64,000 bases of DNA from Glaucostegus cemiculus (taxonomy: Eukaryota): contig CDPCPM010000106.1 of assembly GCA_976551045.1 (NCBI GenBank), positions 26,288,001 to 26,352,000 on the forward strand, in the 5' to 3' direction. The notes under the pieces were generated by a model. The model had not been told where the DNA came from and did not search any database. It saw only the letters and a list, made by a program, of their open reading frames with translations. The position numbers were made by a program, and so were the translations under genes. This document shows, piece after piece, positions 1-13,642 of the stretch (position 1 is the stretch's first letter; each line of letters begins with the position of its first letter).

Positions 1-339
1 AGAATTGTACTCAATTAATTTAATATATTTGGAAAGAGAAAACCTGTTTTAGTAATGGTGAATAAAATCGTAGCCATTTCATTACTATCCATAAGGTGAG
101 AAAATCTGCCTTCTTCATCAGGTTTGGCCTACTTGTGCCTCCACGTCTACCAACCCTCTGGAAAGGCTTTCCAAGTCCAGAGTCACCACTGCACTGCCCC
201 TCGGGTGGGGGGAGTTGGGGGGGGGGGGTGTGGAATGATGCCTCATCCAGCTGCAGCATGTGCCCAGCTCCACTGCTCACCCCAGCCCAACCAACCCATC
301 CCTTAAAGCCAATCCTTATCCCATACTTATGGAGGTGAC

Positions 340-435
340 TTGCTGACTTCCCTTAGCAACACTGCACCAGGGGTAATTGGAGATGGATAATGAATGCTGG
401 CCTTAGCAACAATGTACACATCCAGATGAAAAGTA
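340..435 (+). mobile_element. Old LINE/SINE 3' tail relic
   Basis: GGGTAATTGGAGATGGATAATGAATGCTGGCCTTAGCAACAATGTACACATCC resembles the tail at 35605-35650. Confidence 0.45.
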
Positions 436-849
436 ATGCAGCTTGAGAAAAATGAACAGGTGGATCTTGACACCCCATTGCCTGCACCATATGCCATTTA
501 TTTGAGAGTATGCAAAGTGACTGATGATCTTGTCATATCCTGCTCACTGTTTCCCCAGTCAGCAAGCTTATGTGGTATTCCCATGTGACCCGCAATTCAA
601 GTACTATCAAGATGGATACTGATAGAGAGCATGACAAGCATACTGATCCATCGCTGCCCATCATGTTCCATCAGTCAAGAGATTTAACTCCAGTTCCTTC
701 AGTGAAGATGTTCTCCTCCATCTGCAAGGCACAATCAAGCCTTGTATTTGGTACCACTCAGATATTAAACTCCTACATCCTCTCCAAGGAAGATCATTGT
801 GCAAGATGACCTAGCTATGGATGCAGCTGAGTACCAAAGAGGTAGGTAT

Positions 850-1397
850 AAATTGTTAAATTATTACTGTATAATAATATTATTATTGTCACATGTACTA
901 AGGTACAGTGAAAAACTTGTCTTGCATACCGTTCATACAGATCAATTCTTTACAACAGTTCATTGAGATAATACAAGGTAAAACAATAACAGAATGCTGA
1001 ATAATATGTTACAGTATCAAAGAAAGTGCAGTGCAGGTAGACAATAAGGTGCAAGGTCATAACGAGGTGGATTGTGAGGTCAAGAGTCCACCTGATTGTA
1101 CTGGGGAATTGTTCAATAGTCCTATAACAGTGAGATAGAAGCTGTCCTTGAGCCTGGTGGTACATGTTTACAGGCTTTTGTATCTTCTGCCTGATGGGAG
1201 AGGGGAGAAGAGAGAATGTCCTGGGTGTATAGAGTCTTTGATTATGCTGGCTGCTTTACCCAGGCTGTGAGAAGTATAGACAGAGTCCACAGAGGGGAGG
1301 CTAGTTTCTGTGACGTGCTGCTTTGTGTCCACAACTCTCTGCAGTTTTTTGCTGTCATGGGCAGAGTAGTTGCTGTACCAAGCCGTGATTCATCCAT
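850..1397 (-). mobile_element. Rex1/Babar-type LINE 3' fragment
   Basis: Near copy of the 3' part of 22277-22903 in reverse (ORF 950..1165 MYHQAQGQLLSHC vs ORF 22600 MYHQPQGQLLSCC; shared GTACATGTGACAATAAT tail). Confidence 0.88.
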
Positions 1398-1849
1398 TTT
1401 TCTTTCACATAAATAATAAATAAATATGATCAAATCATCTGGATATTAAACCTGGAGGCTTTATCTTACAGTCTTATTGCAGAGTTAATCACTGGATGGA
1501 AGATTATGAAATGAAAATTGAATGTAGTGAGCATAAACTGTATAAGGATCTATAAAAGCATAAACAGCTTTCTAAAAAAAATCCAGCCCCTGGATAACAG
1601 GTATCCATGATAAATATCTGTTATTACTCTCACAGAAAGTGCTCATTTCACAGCTAATTATTTTTTACAGTTTTACAGACAATGCATATCCCAGTTGAAA
1701 GGACTTGGTGAAAATAAGCAGGTGTTATAAATTAAGGTTTGATGTGGCATGTGTGCATTACCCATTTTTATAGACAAGAGAAACCATTCTTGTGCATTCA
1801 CCATCTTGGTCGTGCTTATAAGCAGCATGGTAACAAGGCCAAGACCACA

Positions 1850-2650
1850 GGGGAGAGCTGAATGTTCTGCCCATTTTGATTATTGGGTGGACCTCAACAT
1901 TAGCAGCCAGAGCCCTAAGTGAAAACAGTCAGGGGACTAAGGAATAAAAGGAAATGGATAATACTGTCACAGCTCTGGAAATGTTATTGTCTCTCCTTTC
2001 ACAGCTGTCACAACTGTCTAACCTTGCATACAAACAATGTCTGGTATTAGTTGGGAAGCAACTATTTCAAGGAGTCTTAGGCATGTACTAGGAAGTTTGG
2101 GGAGATGTAAGGCTAGATTCACGTTGACAAAAGTGGCTGGAGTGGGCTATAGGATGTTCTGAACATTCCAGGGCTTCTGCCAAAGAACTTTCATCCTGGT
2201 TGGAGAACCTCCGGAGAATTCTATTCTGCACAGAGAAGGAACTCTAAGAACCTGATGAAAGAGCAAACAGGGCTACAGATGCAGGCAGATTAGGTGGGAG
2301 AATGAGTGTTGATCAGAATCCCTTTTGAAGAATAGTGGACACCACAATGAGGAGCTGAAGAGCCCCATCGGCAGATCACTGTGGAATCACACAGCTTTTC
2401 TCCCACACATCTCCTGTGACTGCCACAGACTGATACATCTAAATGAAGCTTGCTCAGCAAGTGAGGGTTCCCAGAGGAATGCCTTCATGGAGCTGATCTT
2501 TCCCATACCATGTGAGGGTAAAGAGTGGAAAACTGTCACAATGTAAAAGCTTCAGGGTAGCCACCCAGGATAAAGGCATGAGCTACATGATGTGCTGTTG
2601 ATGGTTGCTGGCAGATGCATGAAAATGGAGTAAAGGTCACCTGAAAATTC
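1850..2650 (+). mobile_element. Possible highly decayed PIF/Harbinger transposase relic
   Basis: TTCCAGGGCTTCTGCCAAAGAACTTTCATCCTG (~2166-2198) resembles a frameshifted PGS(C/S)HDxFIL motif; the rest is weak. Confidence 0.3.
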
Positions 2651-2659
2651 ACAAAGGCA

Positions 2660-3432
2660 CATCTTCAATAGATGCAACCTCCTTACTCTACTCCCTTCTG
2701 CATTTCGAAGGCCCTGTTCCCTCCAGATCATGCGAGTTGCTTCTTCCATCTCCAGCAGTACCCACTGCCCTTCCCTCAGCTCCTTCCCATGCCACAGTGG
2801 GAGATGCAGCATCAGTTCTTTTACTTGCATTCTTTCCACCCGCAAGGACCCCAGATGCTCTTTTCAGGTAATGTGCAATTCGTTCTACTCCTGAACACTG
2901 GGGAGACCAAATGTCTATTGTGTGGCTGCTTCTCAAGTCAACTCCACTCATTCATGCCTAACCCAGACTTCCAGTCTCCTACTACATAAATTCTCCACCT
3001 CTCTTCTACTCAGTCTTTTTGGTCCTCAATCTTCAATGTTTTTTCCATTGAAACTTAATGTCAGCTTGAGGAACAGCACCCTATCTTCTGGCTGCACATA
3101 CTACAACCTTCCTGATACAACACTGTGCTCAATAATTTCAGATATAAAGCTTTTTCAGCTCTCTTGCTCCAGGTTTCTTTCCCTTGGTATCTTCAGATAA
3201 TCATTCTACATTTACATTTTTTCTGGGCTTTAGGTACTTTGGACGGTCGCACCTTTTGTCATTTAATCTCCCTTACCCTGCATCCACTCACAGACCTTCC
3301 TCTTTGTTCACCCCTTCCCCCCCCCCCTCCTTCCAGCCCTTTCCTTGCATCTTAAAACTGTTTATCTCCAGTTATTTCTACTTCTGAAATAAGATTATCA
3401 ACCTGTGATGTTAACTGTTTCTCTCTCCACGG
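2660..3432 (+). mobile_element. Penelope-like element 3' part (GIY-YIG endonuclease relic and terminal repeat)
   Basis: QGPQMLFS...LNTGETKCLLCGCFSSQLHSF (cf. YIGETKRRLGDRFAEHLRSV); CQLEEQHPIFWLHILQPS..NTVLNNFR (cf. KLEEQHLIFRLGTLQP.GLNIEFNNFR); terminal motif relic at 3380-3430. Confidence 0.8.
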
Positions 3433-4939
3433 CAAATCACTTGTACCCATCCCCTGAAAGAAGCCAGTATTAGAAGCGTTGTCAGATAGCATCACAAAGT
3501 GGTTTCAGGTGATCAAATTTGATGGCATGACTTAGGCAGATTGCTAACCCTATCAAAATGATTTCAGGCTAATGCAGAGGTGGCAATATTACAAGAGCAG
3601 TGAGCAGTCTGACTCCCATGGATATTGAAGCTACAGCTGGGAAGAGGTACGGAGTTGCGGCATTGAACTACAGCATGGAAATACCCCTAAGTGACCAATG
3701 CCAGCAATTGTATTCCACAGGAAGCATCCTGCCACCTCTCTACTGTCACTCTATCACCATATCCTCCTTTTCCTGTCTCCCTCCTCTCTTTTCCTACCTT
3801 CCCCTTAAATACATCAGAGGGTTGTCTCCTTTTACTGGGGCTCCCATCTAGGAATGTTCCAGATCCAGCCATTTGGGAGGCTACATCTCAAAGTTCCCAG
3901 GAGACTCGTTGGACCATATGAGGATTTTAAAAACTCAATGAAAACTTTTTAATGTTAAAACTAAATTTCCAGTGGCAGCCACTCTCCCGTGACAGTAACG
4001 ATTGACTGTCTGTGAATGAAGCTGTACAGGCCCCAGTTCTCTTCTGGCTGGATAGAGCAAGTGATGAATTGTGACATACTAGCTTTTGACCTATATCTTT
4101 AGTAAGCTTCTTAATGTCAAGGGTTCCATGTTTAGTAGAAATGCCACAGGCAAAATTCTTTGTAGATGGATTGTACCTCCTGTGACATTAGCACCAACAG
4201 AGATATACAGGCATGGGTGCACTTGGAAATTGTTGGAGCAATGTTGTGTGCAGTCAGTTTAACTTAGTTGCTGTATTAGCAAATCACCAAACAAATTTCT
4301 CATGTTTGAAGGGAATAACTTTTACAAATCTCAGTGAAAGTGAGCATTAGCATCTTCTGCATGTGGCCCTTAAGGTTGAGCTTTGTTTGACATAATTTAG
4401 TTCAACCCGGAGATTTATGCTACAGATCAATATCTTTCAGTTTATTGTGACACACTAGATGTCTATAATGATTAAATAGTTCATCCCAGTCCCATTCTGT
4501 TACCTGCATCACTTCTGCCAAGCTTTTCCTTTTTAAGTTTTTGACAAAGTTACAATTATTTTTCACTGGCCTGAGTTAAAATTGTAAGCAATTCACAATC
4601 TATCACATTGCCTACTATCCTTGAGTTATACTGCCTTCTGCACAGTGCATGTACCCAGAGAGGGGTCGTCTGAGTTTTAGGTAGATGTCGTTTCTGCCTG
4701 ATGACTCCTGTCATGATAACATGACAGATATTGGGAGCCAGAAGACTTTCCAGTGGACAAGTCATCTGTCCATTTGCCCATCTCATAGACATATGAAGTC
4801 ACTCTCAATATGTGCACCATGGCCTAACACCAAACAGTTTGGAGGGGACTGATGATTTGTTAGTTTCTGAATTTCATGTGTGGTTCTAACTGTAAAACTT
4901 GTGATCCCATTTTCTTTTACAATAACACCAATATATTTG

Positions 4940-5510
4940 TGATATTCTCCCCAGTCCCAGCCCTAAACTTGTTCCCTTCTCTTTTGTTCCCCCCTTCCCT
5001 CTACAAACTCAAACTGAGAAACAACCTTGCTTCCTGGGACACATTTCCACCAACTTCCATTCACAGTCTTTGTGATACTTTAAACCGTTCCCTCTCCTCC
5101 ACTATTTCCTCCTCAACATCCCTCTCCACAAAACAGCAGCCCTTCACTAGGCCATCCTTGCAAACTACTACGCCACTTCTAACCTTCCTATCGGTCCTTA
5201 ACTGTGATTTAGCTTCCCAAGTCTGTCTCCTTCAAACCTAAAGAGCCCTTATTTGTATCTCAGCCTCCACCACAATGTCAAAATGGTTCTGATCAAAGTC
5301 ATTACCGGCTCATTATATGATTGTGACAAGTGTTAATCTACCTTTCCTTGAATATCTTGACCTATCTGTGACCTTTGACATGGTTTACTAATTCATCACC
5401 CTCTAACGCTAGTCAACTATTGTCCAGTTAGGTAGGATTGTACTCCCTTGGTTCCACTCTTACCTGTCAAGGCATAGCCTGGGAATCTCTAAAAACAATA
5501 TGTCTTTACA
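4940..5510 (+). mobile_element. L2-type LINE RT fragment
   Basis: LDLSVTFDMVY...VQLGRIVLPWFHSYLS (cf. LDLSAAFDTVDH...LxWFxSYLS) at ~5355-5475. Confidence 0.75.
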
Positions 5511-5585
5511 CTCAACAATGCAAGCATATTTTTTTCAATCCAAAGGCCAGCCTGATTGACAGCCTCAGCTCCCTAGGAAATGGAA

Positions 5586-5845
5586 TTTAATTTTTTTAAT
5601 CTATAATTTTATTTACAAAGTGGTAACAGGCCCTTTCAGCCCAACAAGTCCGTGCCACCCATTTTAAACCCCCAAATTAACCTACCCGTACGTCTTTAGA
5701 ATGTGGGAGGAAACCGGAGCACCCGGAGGAAACCCATGCAGACACGGGAGAACGTACAAACTCCTTACAGTCAGCGACGGGAATTGAACCCCAATTGCTG
5801 GCGCTGTAACAGCGTCACGCTAACCGCTACGCTATCGTGCCGCCC
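5586..5845 (-). mobile_element. tRNA-derived V-SINE (HE1-like) with CR1-type tail
   Basis: Minus strand GGCGGCACGATAGCGTAGCGGTTAGC (A box), GGTTCAATTCCC (B box), V-domain TGGGTTTCCTCCGGGTGCTCCGGTTTCCTCCCACA, tail GGGCTGAAAGGGCCTGTT. Near-identical to 13065-13326 and 40398-40660. Confidence 0.92.
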
Positions 5846-8014
5846 ATGAACGGTCTAGAAAAGGCCACATCCTAGCAGGAGTTAAGTTTGTGATTGTAGG
5901 GTTAAGAATGCAGAGACGTGCGGGGTAAGCCCAGATACAGTTATTATGGGAGGGCGAGGAAGATGGTTACTGATGGTCAAAGACAAAGTGTTGGGGGTGG
6001 GGGTAGGTAATTATAGGAGCTCTGCCCATGGTGGTGTTGGTGGGAGAGATGGTGGGATAGGTGTTACCACGGCAGCAATGTTGAACGCAGGGAGGATGTT
6101 CTAATGGTGGGAAAGGAAACAGGTCAGTGAATGGGAGCTGGCTTTCCCCTGACCCCAAAACAATGGGCACTTACCTCACCTTCACACCAGCCTTCAGTAG
6201 CTGTAGTGTCGCCCAAGGCCTAGAAGTGAGAGAATCTGAGGTTTCATCAAAATACTTAATATCTGATCTATTGCTTATGAGTGGGTTAGTTGCTCATCCC
6301 AACTTTGCCTCTGTTGAAACTAAAAAATTAGGTTAGAGTCTGAGATTTGAAAAGCTTTTACATCATACTGGACCTAAACTGACCTATCTTTGGAGATTCA
6401 AATCCCCATCCATGAAGATCTCAGTATATGATGTTCCTTAACCCTTGAGTTTGTATCCCTACATTAAAGTCAATACCAATGCTCTCCCATGCCTCTCTGC
6501 AACCTTAATCCTTCAAGCACAAACTTAGCTTCTGCTGGGATAACCAATTATGCCATACAGTCAATTGTTCTACTGTTACTAAGGTGAAAAGAAAAATGGT
6601 TGCCTGCAAGTTTCAGCTTCCACCATGTGGTTGAGCTGGCAGCTATCAATGTGAGAATAAGACACAAACTTTTAATCATGGGTTAAATCAAGGAAGTCTT
6701 GTGTGGATTGCATTATCTTCAGTCTTGCTGCTGGAAATTATATATGGGTTCACAGGTTATTTTACCTTAGTTAGCACACACAAATCACTTGTTAAAATCC
6801 CTACTGTTGTATTAAAATACTAATTGCAAATTAAATAGAAAGCAATGATTTGCTCCTTGTTCATTAAATGGAATTTCTGTGTTAGACATCAAGTGTCATG
6901 GGAACGTGACATTATTGTCTCCATGCTGCAGATTGACTTCATATCATTTAATTGTATTGCACCACCCAGTTACAGACTGTCAGAATGGATTTACTTGAGC
7001 AAGATTTCACTGTGAAGATTGTAGGAAATGAAGGAGTGAAATCAGTGAGAATAAAAGTACACAGTACTAATAAATAGATCATTTCCAAAACATCTCCCAC
7101 TCATCCTGCTAGCAGCAATGACTTAGAATGCAAACTGTGTCTGCAAGAAACCAATAAAGCCAGGGGTACACTGTGCTGAGGTTTACATGAACCATGACTG
7201 AAGATCTGGATCACTTCATGACTTGCTCTTTGTTTTCAGAGCTGTTGGCCTTCACAGTGAGAATCCATGGTGGGCACACATCATCACAGCAGTCAAACGG
7301 TTCTCATTTAAGAGTGTAGTGGGGCATTTGATTATAACGGTTTAATTCCTTAAGCCCATTCATAATATGCTTATGTGATCGAAACTGGCAGCTGAAACAG
7401 TGAAGCTGCATTGGAAGTGGGAGGATTGAATGATGAAATAAGTAACCAGTGAATTCTTCTGTGTATGAGCAGTGCCACTAGAAATTTCAGAAAAGTTTTG
7501 TTCTTAAGTATAAATTTCCGAATAAATTGTTAATTCATTAAGTTAATTTGCTACTCCTCATTGATATCTACCTACAAGAGACTGACAAGCAAGGCAACAG
7601 CTATGATTCAGTGAGATATATCTGAGTGAACTTGTCCCTCCCTCCACAAAGCTCCAACTGAAAAATAAAGAGACATATCAACACCAAATTAACATAATTA
7701 ATTTCACCTATATTACTCAACAGTGGGAGTGTGGCAAACAGAATTGTTGCATAAAACAGGGCTCTTCTGAAGCTTTTTGAAGAGCATTTTCACAGTATGA
7801 TTTAACCTCTGTTGTCCAAAATTACAGTGATCCATGCTGCAGAGGTGGAATATGGAATGTGGGGGAAATATTTCTGAGCTTTATCACCCTTCCCCAAAAT
7901 TAGGATGCAACAAGCTGAGAGAAGGAATGGAGAACAAAAATGGTAGAGTCAAAATTGGAAAAGACAATAATCCCTCTTCTTTTTTTTATCGTTGAACGGA
8001 GTGTATGCTAAATT

Positions 8015-8360
8015 TATGTTCTTTGGAGTTTAAAAGAATGAGGGGTGATCTTATTGAAACAAGTAAGATCCTTAGGGGACATGAGAGGGTAGATGTCAAA
8101 AGTTTCCACTGGTGGAAGAACCTTGAATGAGGTGGCCACTTAAAAATGAGGTGTGTAGGATGATGAATTTCTGAAGTTCTTTACCCGAGTGGATTGAGGA
8201 GACTTGATTATTGGAGGTATTTAAAGAGGAAGTTGATACATTTTTGAAAGACTGAGGAATTGAGGGCTATGTGGAACTGGCACAGATGAAACCAGGGACC
8301 AGCTTGAGGGCCAGAGCTTGTTCCTTGCCCTCAGCTCCTGCTCCTATTTCCTATGACTTT
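8015..8360 (+). mobile_element. Old CR1 LINE 3' fragment
   Basis: FSLEFxRMRGDLIETxKIL-type motif (AGAATGAGGGGTGATCTTATTGAAAC) and a CR1-like tail (CTCCTGCTCCTATTTCCTATG). Confidence 0.75.
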
Positions 8361-9481
8361 GAATCCTTAGAGAGGCACAATGTTATCAAGGTTTCAAAGA
8401 AATGGAACAAAGTGTTATATCTGTAGTTTGTATGAACACATGTTTGTTTACTTCTCTTTCATTCCAATAAAAATATCAATTGCCCAAAAAATGATTTGTG
8501 AAGTTGGTTTAGCTTAGAAAAAAAAACCATGAACCTTAGAAGGTCTAAAGAGTATGGAGTACTTACAATCACTCTGCTCCCTTTTTAGACATCAGGTGAT
8601 TTACACCAGTGAGGCTTGATGACACAGAGACATAAGTACTTTACAAGTTCAGCCTGAGACAAAAATTGTTTCGGTGGTGTCTCTTATGCTCCATACACAG
8701 CCACAGGGATAGTGCAGTTTACTGATGGAGCACTGTAGTTTACAGCTATAAACAAGCACCCATCATTTTAACAAAAACATTGATTATTTCCTGCTAAATT
8801 AACAACTGCCATTCAAAACCCCAACAGAAAATGATTTCAATAGATTTATAATAATAGATACAGCTGTACGGCGATTTTTGTCAGGCATTGTGATTGGTTT
8901 TTGATTTTTAGATTTTAATGGTTGCCATCCTGAATTCAAACCAGATAGGTAAAGATGTACGATTGACATATGAAAAAAACTTGATTAGGGTTCTTACCCA
9001 AGTACCCTTGGCATGATTGACACCACATTGTAACTTCATACAACACTTTCCTCATGCCAAGATCTGCCAGCATTTTGTGCTCTGCTTTCCAGATGGCACA
9101 GATGTACCACTGGAATGAGTCCACTCATCTCTACCAGATTAGCAGTGATCAGACGGATGCTTCACAATGCTAGTGCCATCTGTCTCTTACCTCCCTTGAT
9201 GACTAGAAATCAGATGGACATATTAGTGCAGCATCCCCTCAAGATCTGGCAGTTTAATGCCTCGGCACTTATTTAAGCAAATAACAAGCTGAAGTTGCAA
9301 CAGACCATATTCTGGGCAGAGTTTAAAGCAAAAATTTCCATGTCCTTGAGGGTTGAAGCTCCATCAAAAGGTCGACCCAAATTTGCCAATTAGCCCACTG
9401 TAATTCTACAATATTCTATAATCCTGACTTTGGTGTGGCTTCAGAATTAAATATCTTCATTCATAAAGCAAGATTTTCAGT

Positions 9482-9615
9482 TGGTCAAAAGCAAAACATT
9501 GGAAATCTGGAGTTCTGGTGATAGCCATTTATCTGAAATATTAATTCTGCTCCTCTTTCCGCAGATGTTTCCGACCTGCTTAGTACATGCTGCCATTTGC
9601 AATTTATCAAATTTG
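9482..9615 (+). mobile_element. Penelope-type terminal repeat with degenerate hammerhead motif
   Basis: GAGTT-CTGGTGA-...-GAAATATT-AATTC followed by CCGCAGATG..CCGACCTGCT.AGT, the same family as the terminus at 13643-13762. Confidence 0.6.
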
Positions 9616-9618
9616 CTC

Positions 9619-9850
9619 TCAGAATCAGAATCAGAATCAGTTTTATTGTCACAACCATATACGTACATAGTATGCATAGGAGCGAGATACCGTCCTCCTC
9701 AGGTGCTCATGCCATTAAATAACAAACAGCAGAGACACATAGACACACTGAACGAAAAAAAATTAAAAACTACGGAAGTTTAAATTAAATTAAATACAGC
9801 AGGTTAAATTAAATACGGCAGGTAATTAAATAAATAGTTATTAAAGTGAA
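9619..9850 (-). mobile_element. Rex/Babar-like 3' tail fragment
   Basis: (TCAGAA)3 followed by TTTATTGTCAC; same tail architecture as 50085-50115 and 57506-57545. Confidence 0.6.
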
Positions 9851-11644
9851 CGAGCTGGTGGCTCTCAATGGGTGTGCAATCTCTACTCATATTGTACTAC
9901 CATGAAACTTGTCTAGAAAACCACCCTAGTCAGTAGTATTAAATGAGTTACGTAGGCATTGTACTCTGCCTTCAAAGTTCATTCCAATGAACAGATATGG
10001 ATATACAAGTCTACTGATTCAGGATCAATTTCTAGGCAAAATCATTTCATTCATGTTGTTTCTTCCAGTGGTTAATTCTGCAATATTCTTCTATCAAACT
10101 TAACTTTAAGTTTCAAGACTTCATTAATGCACTTACATTTCAAATTTCAATTGGTTAGACTCAGCAAATAAAAATGAATTGTGTTGACTTAGATTCATTT
10201 GATAAAGTATATGTTTGACCTAATTGCAACTATTTCAGTTTCAGAGGTGAATATCCAATTGCCAAATAACCTCACCATGTGGACAGTTCTCTCTCTTTAG
10301 CTTGGCAAGTATTGCGTGTGAGTGTGATAGTAACTGAATATAATTATTTCCAATTCTTGGGTGTGGGTGTGGTTGATTTCCTGGTTATAAGAGAAATTTC
10401 AGGCTTCTTAAAAATATTCATTTTTATACTGAAATATATATTTTTCTAAAATTGGTTGAATTTAGTGTATCAAAATACTGTACAACTAAAATCAGAAATT
10501 CTTTTACTGAATATTTTATGGAAGAAATGCTTCATCTGGACTTCTGATTAAGGGATTATCAATATTTTCCTGGCAATAATTGCCATTGAAATAGTTCCAA
10601 TATAATACTCTTTTAATTAATTGTCTACAAAATAATATTTTATTGATGTTTAACGGAAAGGATGTTATGTCGATGTGTGAAAATATGAATCTGCTTATTG
10701 TTTATAGCTTTAGTGTTGTTAAACCTAGGGTATGACTCTTGATATAAGCCTCACCCTCGCCGCTTCATGGAAACGTTTTTCATCTCTTACACTGTGAACG
10801 TATAAAAGTTCTGCACTATTAAATTTCAACACTAAACAATAAGGGAGGTTATTGAAAGGGAGATTAAAGTGCCTGAGTCATTCTGATGATCAGAAACAAT
10901 TTGTAATTTGTAAGTCCTTGATCTAAAAATTTTCTATTCTATTCTAATTCTATTCAAACTTAATAATTCAGTAGGTATTGAATAAAAGCATAACATATTG
11001 TAGCATCATGTGTATTTTTACCCTGGTCTAATCCTATAAAATATTCTAAACTTTTCTCTTCCGGGTAAGTTATCTGGCTGGTGAAGCACTCTGTGATTAT
11101 AATGTCACCATGTTCTTATGCTTTCCTTTAACAATTATGCTTTTCTCTTACAACAAAGGCATTTCTATGGTGCTGCATGATAGTACTCTGGTCACAAATT
11201 ATATGTTTTGGATTTTTCTGTTTCTAGCATTTCATTGCAAAAATACAGAAATGAATAGAGTCATTGATTTTCTTTAAGTTTCACCTTTATAAGTATACTT
11301 ACTTTTGTGGTTGCTGAGATTGTGGTGTGAGCCAAGATACGAATCTGAATATTTCATGTATAGAGAGAAGCTACATGGATCAAACCCTCTTTGAAATATG
11401 TGAGAAGAGGTGGATTATTTAGCCCCTTAAGCCTGTTCAACTATTCAATAGGATCATGGTTGAAGGTTGATGGTTGATATTAATTGTAGCTTGTGCTGAA
11501 AATTTCCTCCCAAATGGTAAATGTAACAAAACTGTAAATTCCTTTTTTATAGAACCAGTCTCCCATATACGTCTGAGTCATCATTCTTTTCTAAGACCAA
11601 TCTAGATGACTGTCTTTTAAACCCATTTATCTTATTAATGTTTT

Positions 11645-11950
11645 AATATACAGCGGGGTGTTCAGAAAAGATACAACAAAAAGAGGTAATAGTTGATTTG
11701 CAAGGTAATACGCAGAAACAAATTAAATCTTGAGATTTTTAGCTGGTAGACTGAAGCCACATGGCCAGATAAGTAGATCATATTTATGGTGATGACAGAT
11801 AAATAGTTGAAAGATTGAGGATTGAGGGTTATGGGGAACTAGCACAGAAGAAGAATTGAGGCCAACATAGAACCTCCATCATCATATTAAATGGTGGGAC
11901 ATGCTTGAGGGGTCTGTGGCCTACTCCTCCTCCTATTTTCTTATGCTCTG
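11645..11950 (+). mobile_element. Old CR1 3' fragment
   Basis: ATTGAGGGTTATGGGGAACTAGCACAGAAG...GGCCTACTCCTCCTCCTATTTTCTTATG CR1-type 3' end; similar to 8255-8360. Confidence 0.7.
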
Positions 11951-13064
11951 GTGCTTTTCTATTATTGTCTCCCTCTCCTACCCTCTCTCCAACACCAATA
12001 CCATGGAGCTTGTCCATAGCAGCTCCCACCACTGATCCTCCTGACCAATCCTTTCCCTTCAACCTCCAACTCAGATTATTAGCTGTAATTATCTGTGCTA
12101 TTTAGATTTTCACTAGATGTTGCACATCTCACAATGGCTGGAGCTTCTAGGTGCGAATCCATTGTGCAAAGTTTTATGCATAAAGCCAGCTGTATTCTGC
12201 ACAATGTCTCAGGCACTAGAATATACCGGTTCTAATCTATTCTGATAGGCTGGATTTACACACAAATCCAGCCTACTCAAGCACCTTGCACTTTGTGGAC
12301 CATGGATGTTTAACAGATCTTTTGCACCAACATGAAGTTTAATGTTCTTGTAACCAGCACTTTGAACCAATTTCGACTAGTTTCAGTTTTTATCTGTTAA
12401 GGGCATTGAACCTTTTTTCTACTTGATTCATCAAAGCAATTAGTTGTGCATCACTGATTTGCTGACAGTATGCTGCCTGTGATCTGCTGATACAATCACT
12501 GTTTCTGATTAAGTGAATCAAGTGCAGCATCAGCATTTGAGCAATCCAATAGCCCTGCACTCACAATCAATTTAAACTGATGAATGGCTGATAGGTTAAC
12601 AGTTTTAAAAGAGGAATAAATCTGTTGAATGGGGATTAAAAACATTTCTCAAGCAAATTTGCGAATTTTCCGTTTCTTTGTTAGATTACTTTATATTAGG
12701 AGATGCAGAAGCTGTATGATATTTATTAAATGCACTAGTCTTTCAACCTGAAGATGCCATTTACTCTGAAGGAGACCCCAAAGCTTACTTCACCATTAAG
12801 GAGTCAAAAACCATTGTCTGAACCCAAAATTGAACCAGTGGCATGTTTTCACACAGGTTGATTTAGATTACCAGTGGTTGGTCCTTATTAACTTTGCAAG
12901 TTGAACTGCTGACATGAATTTAATCTTCGAGTGGGTATTCAATGGGAAGTGCAACTACGGAATCGAACAGTGCCAACTTTCAGCCCTTTAAAAGCTAGTC
13001 ACTAGATTTAAAGGGGCATGGCAATTTAAAAAATATCCTCCATATTGGAATAATTTCCTTTTCA

Positions 13065-13326
13065 GACTTTTTAAACTTTTTAAAAAATTTTTATTTACAG
13101 CATGGTAACAGGCCCTTTCGGCCCTCCGAGTCCATGGCGCCCATTTTTAAACCCCCCAAATTAACCTACCCGTACGTCTTTCAGAATGTGGGAGGAAACC
13201 AGAGAACCCGGAGGAAACCCATGCAGACACGGGAGAACGTACAAACTCCTTACAGGCAGTGACGGGAATCGCACCCCGATCGCTGGCGCTGTAACAGCGT
13301 CGCGCTAACCGCTACGCTACCGTGCC
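13065..13326 (-). mobile_element. V-SINE (HE1-like), young CpG-rich copy
   Basis: Same head, V-domain and tail as 5586-5845. Confidence 0.92.
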
Positions 13327-13642
13327 AAGAGTAGAATGACTTTCAACCTTTGCAAAGATTGGGTAAATTTTTAAAATAAAAAATCCACTTGCTGACAAGC
13401 AATGGGGAATCACAGAGCTGAAACTTATTATTGACTGGATAACATAATGAACACTTTGTATGGAGTGATTTGCTATTCACTGCAGTGCACCTGCCTCAGA
13501 AAATTTAAATGCAAGATGCCTGCTATCAGCTGATAACTAGCTACAAAAATGTCCCTTTATTACAGATTTTGAATGTAAACTAAATGTCTCTGGGTGAGAT
13601 GTCTTTGGCCTTACCAGGGAAGGAATGGAATTGAAAATTAAG

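Noticed and set aside
203-230. G-run cluster with quadruplex potential
   Set aside because: Poly-G expansion within decayed repeat sequence; similar runs occur elsewhere with no supporting context.
5750-5845. tRNA-like sequences with A/B boxes (also ~13250-13326 and 40398-40470)
   Set aside because: They are SINE heads fused to the V-domain and LINE tail, not tRNA genes.
9778-9840. Short duplication TTAAATTAAATAC(A/G)GCAGG x2
   Set aside because: Lies inside a retroelement 3' region; simple slippage.
10878-10912. CTGATGATCAGAAACAATTTGTA resembling a hammerhead core
   Set aside because: Only 3 nt between the boxes (no stem II), stem I does not pair, and there is no PLE-terminal context; more simply a short TCTGAT/ATCAGA palindrome.
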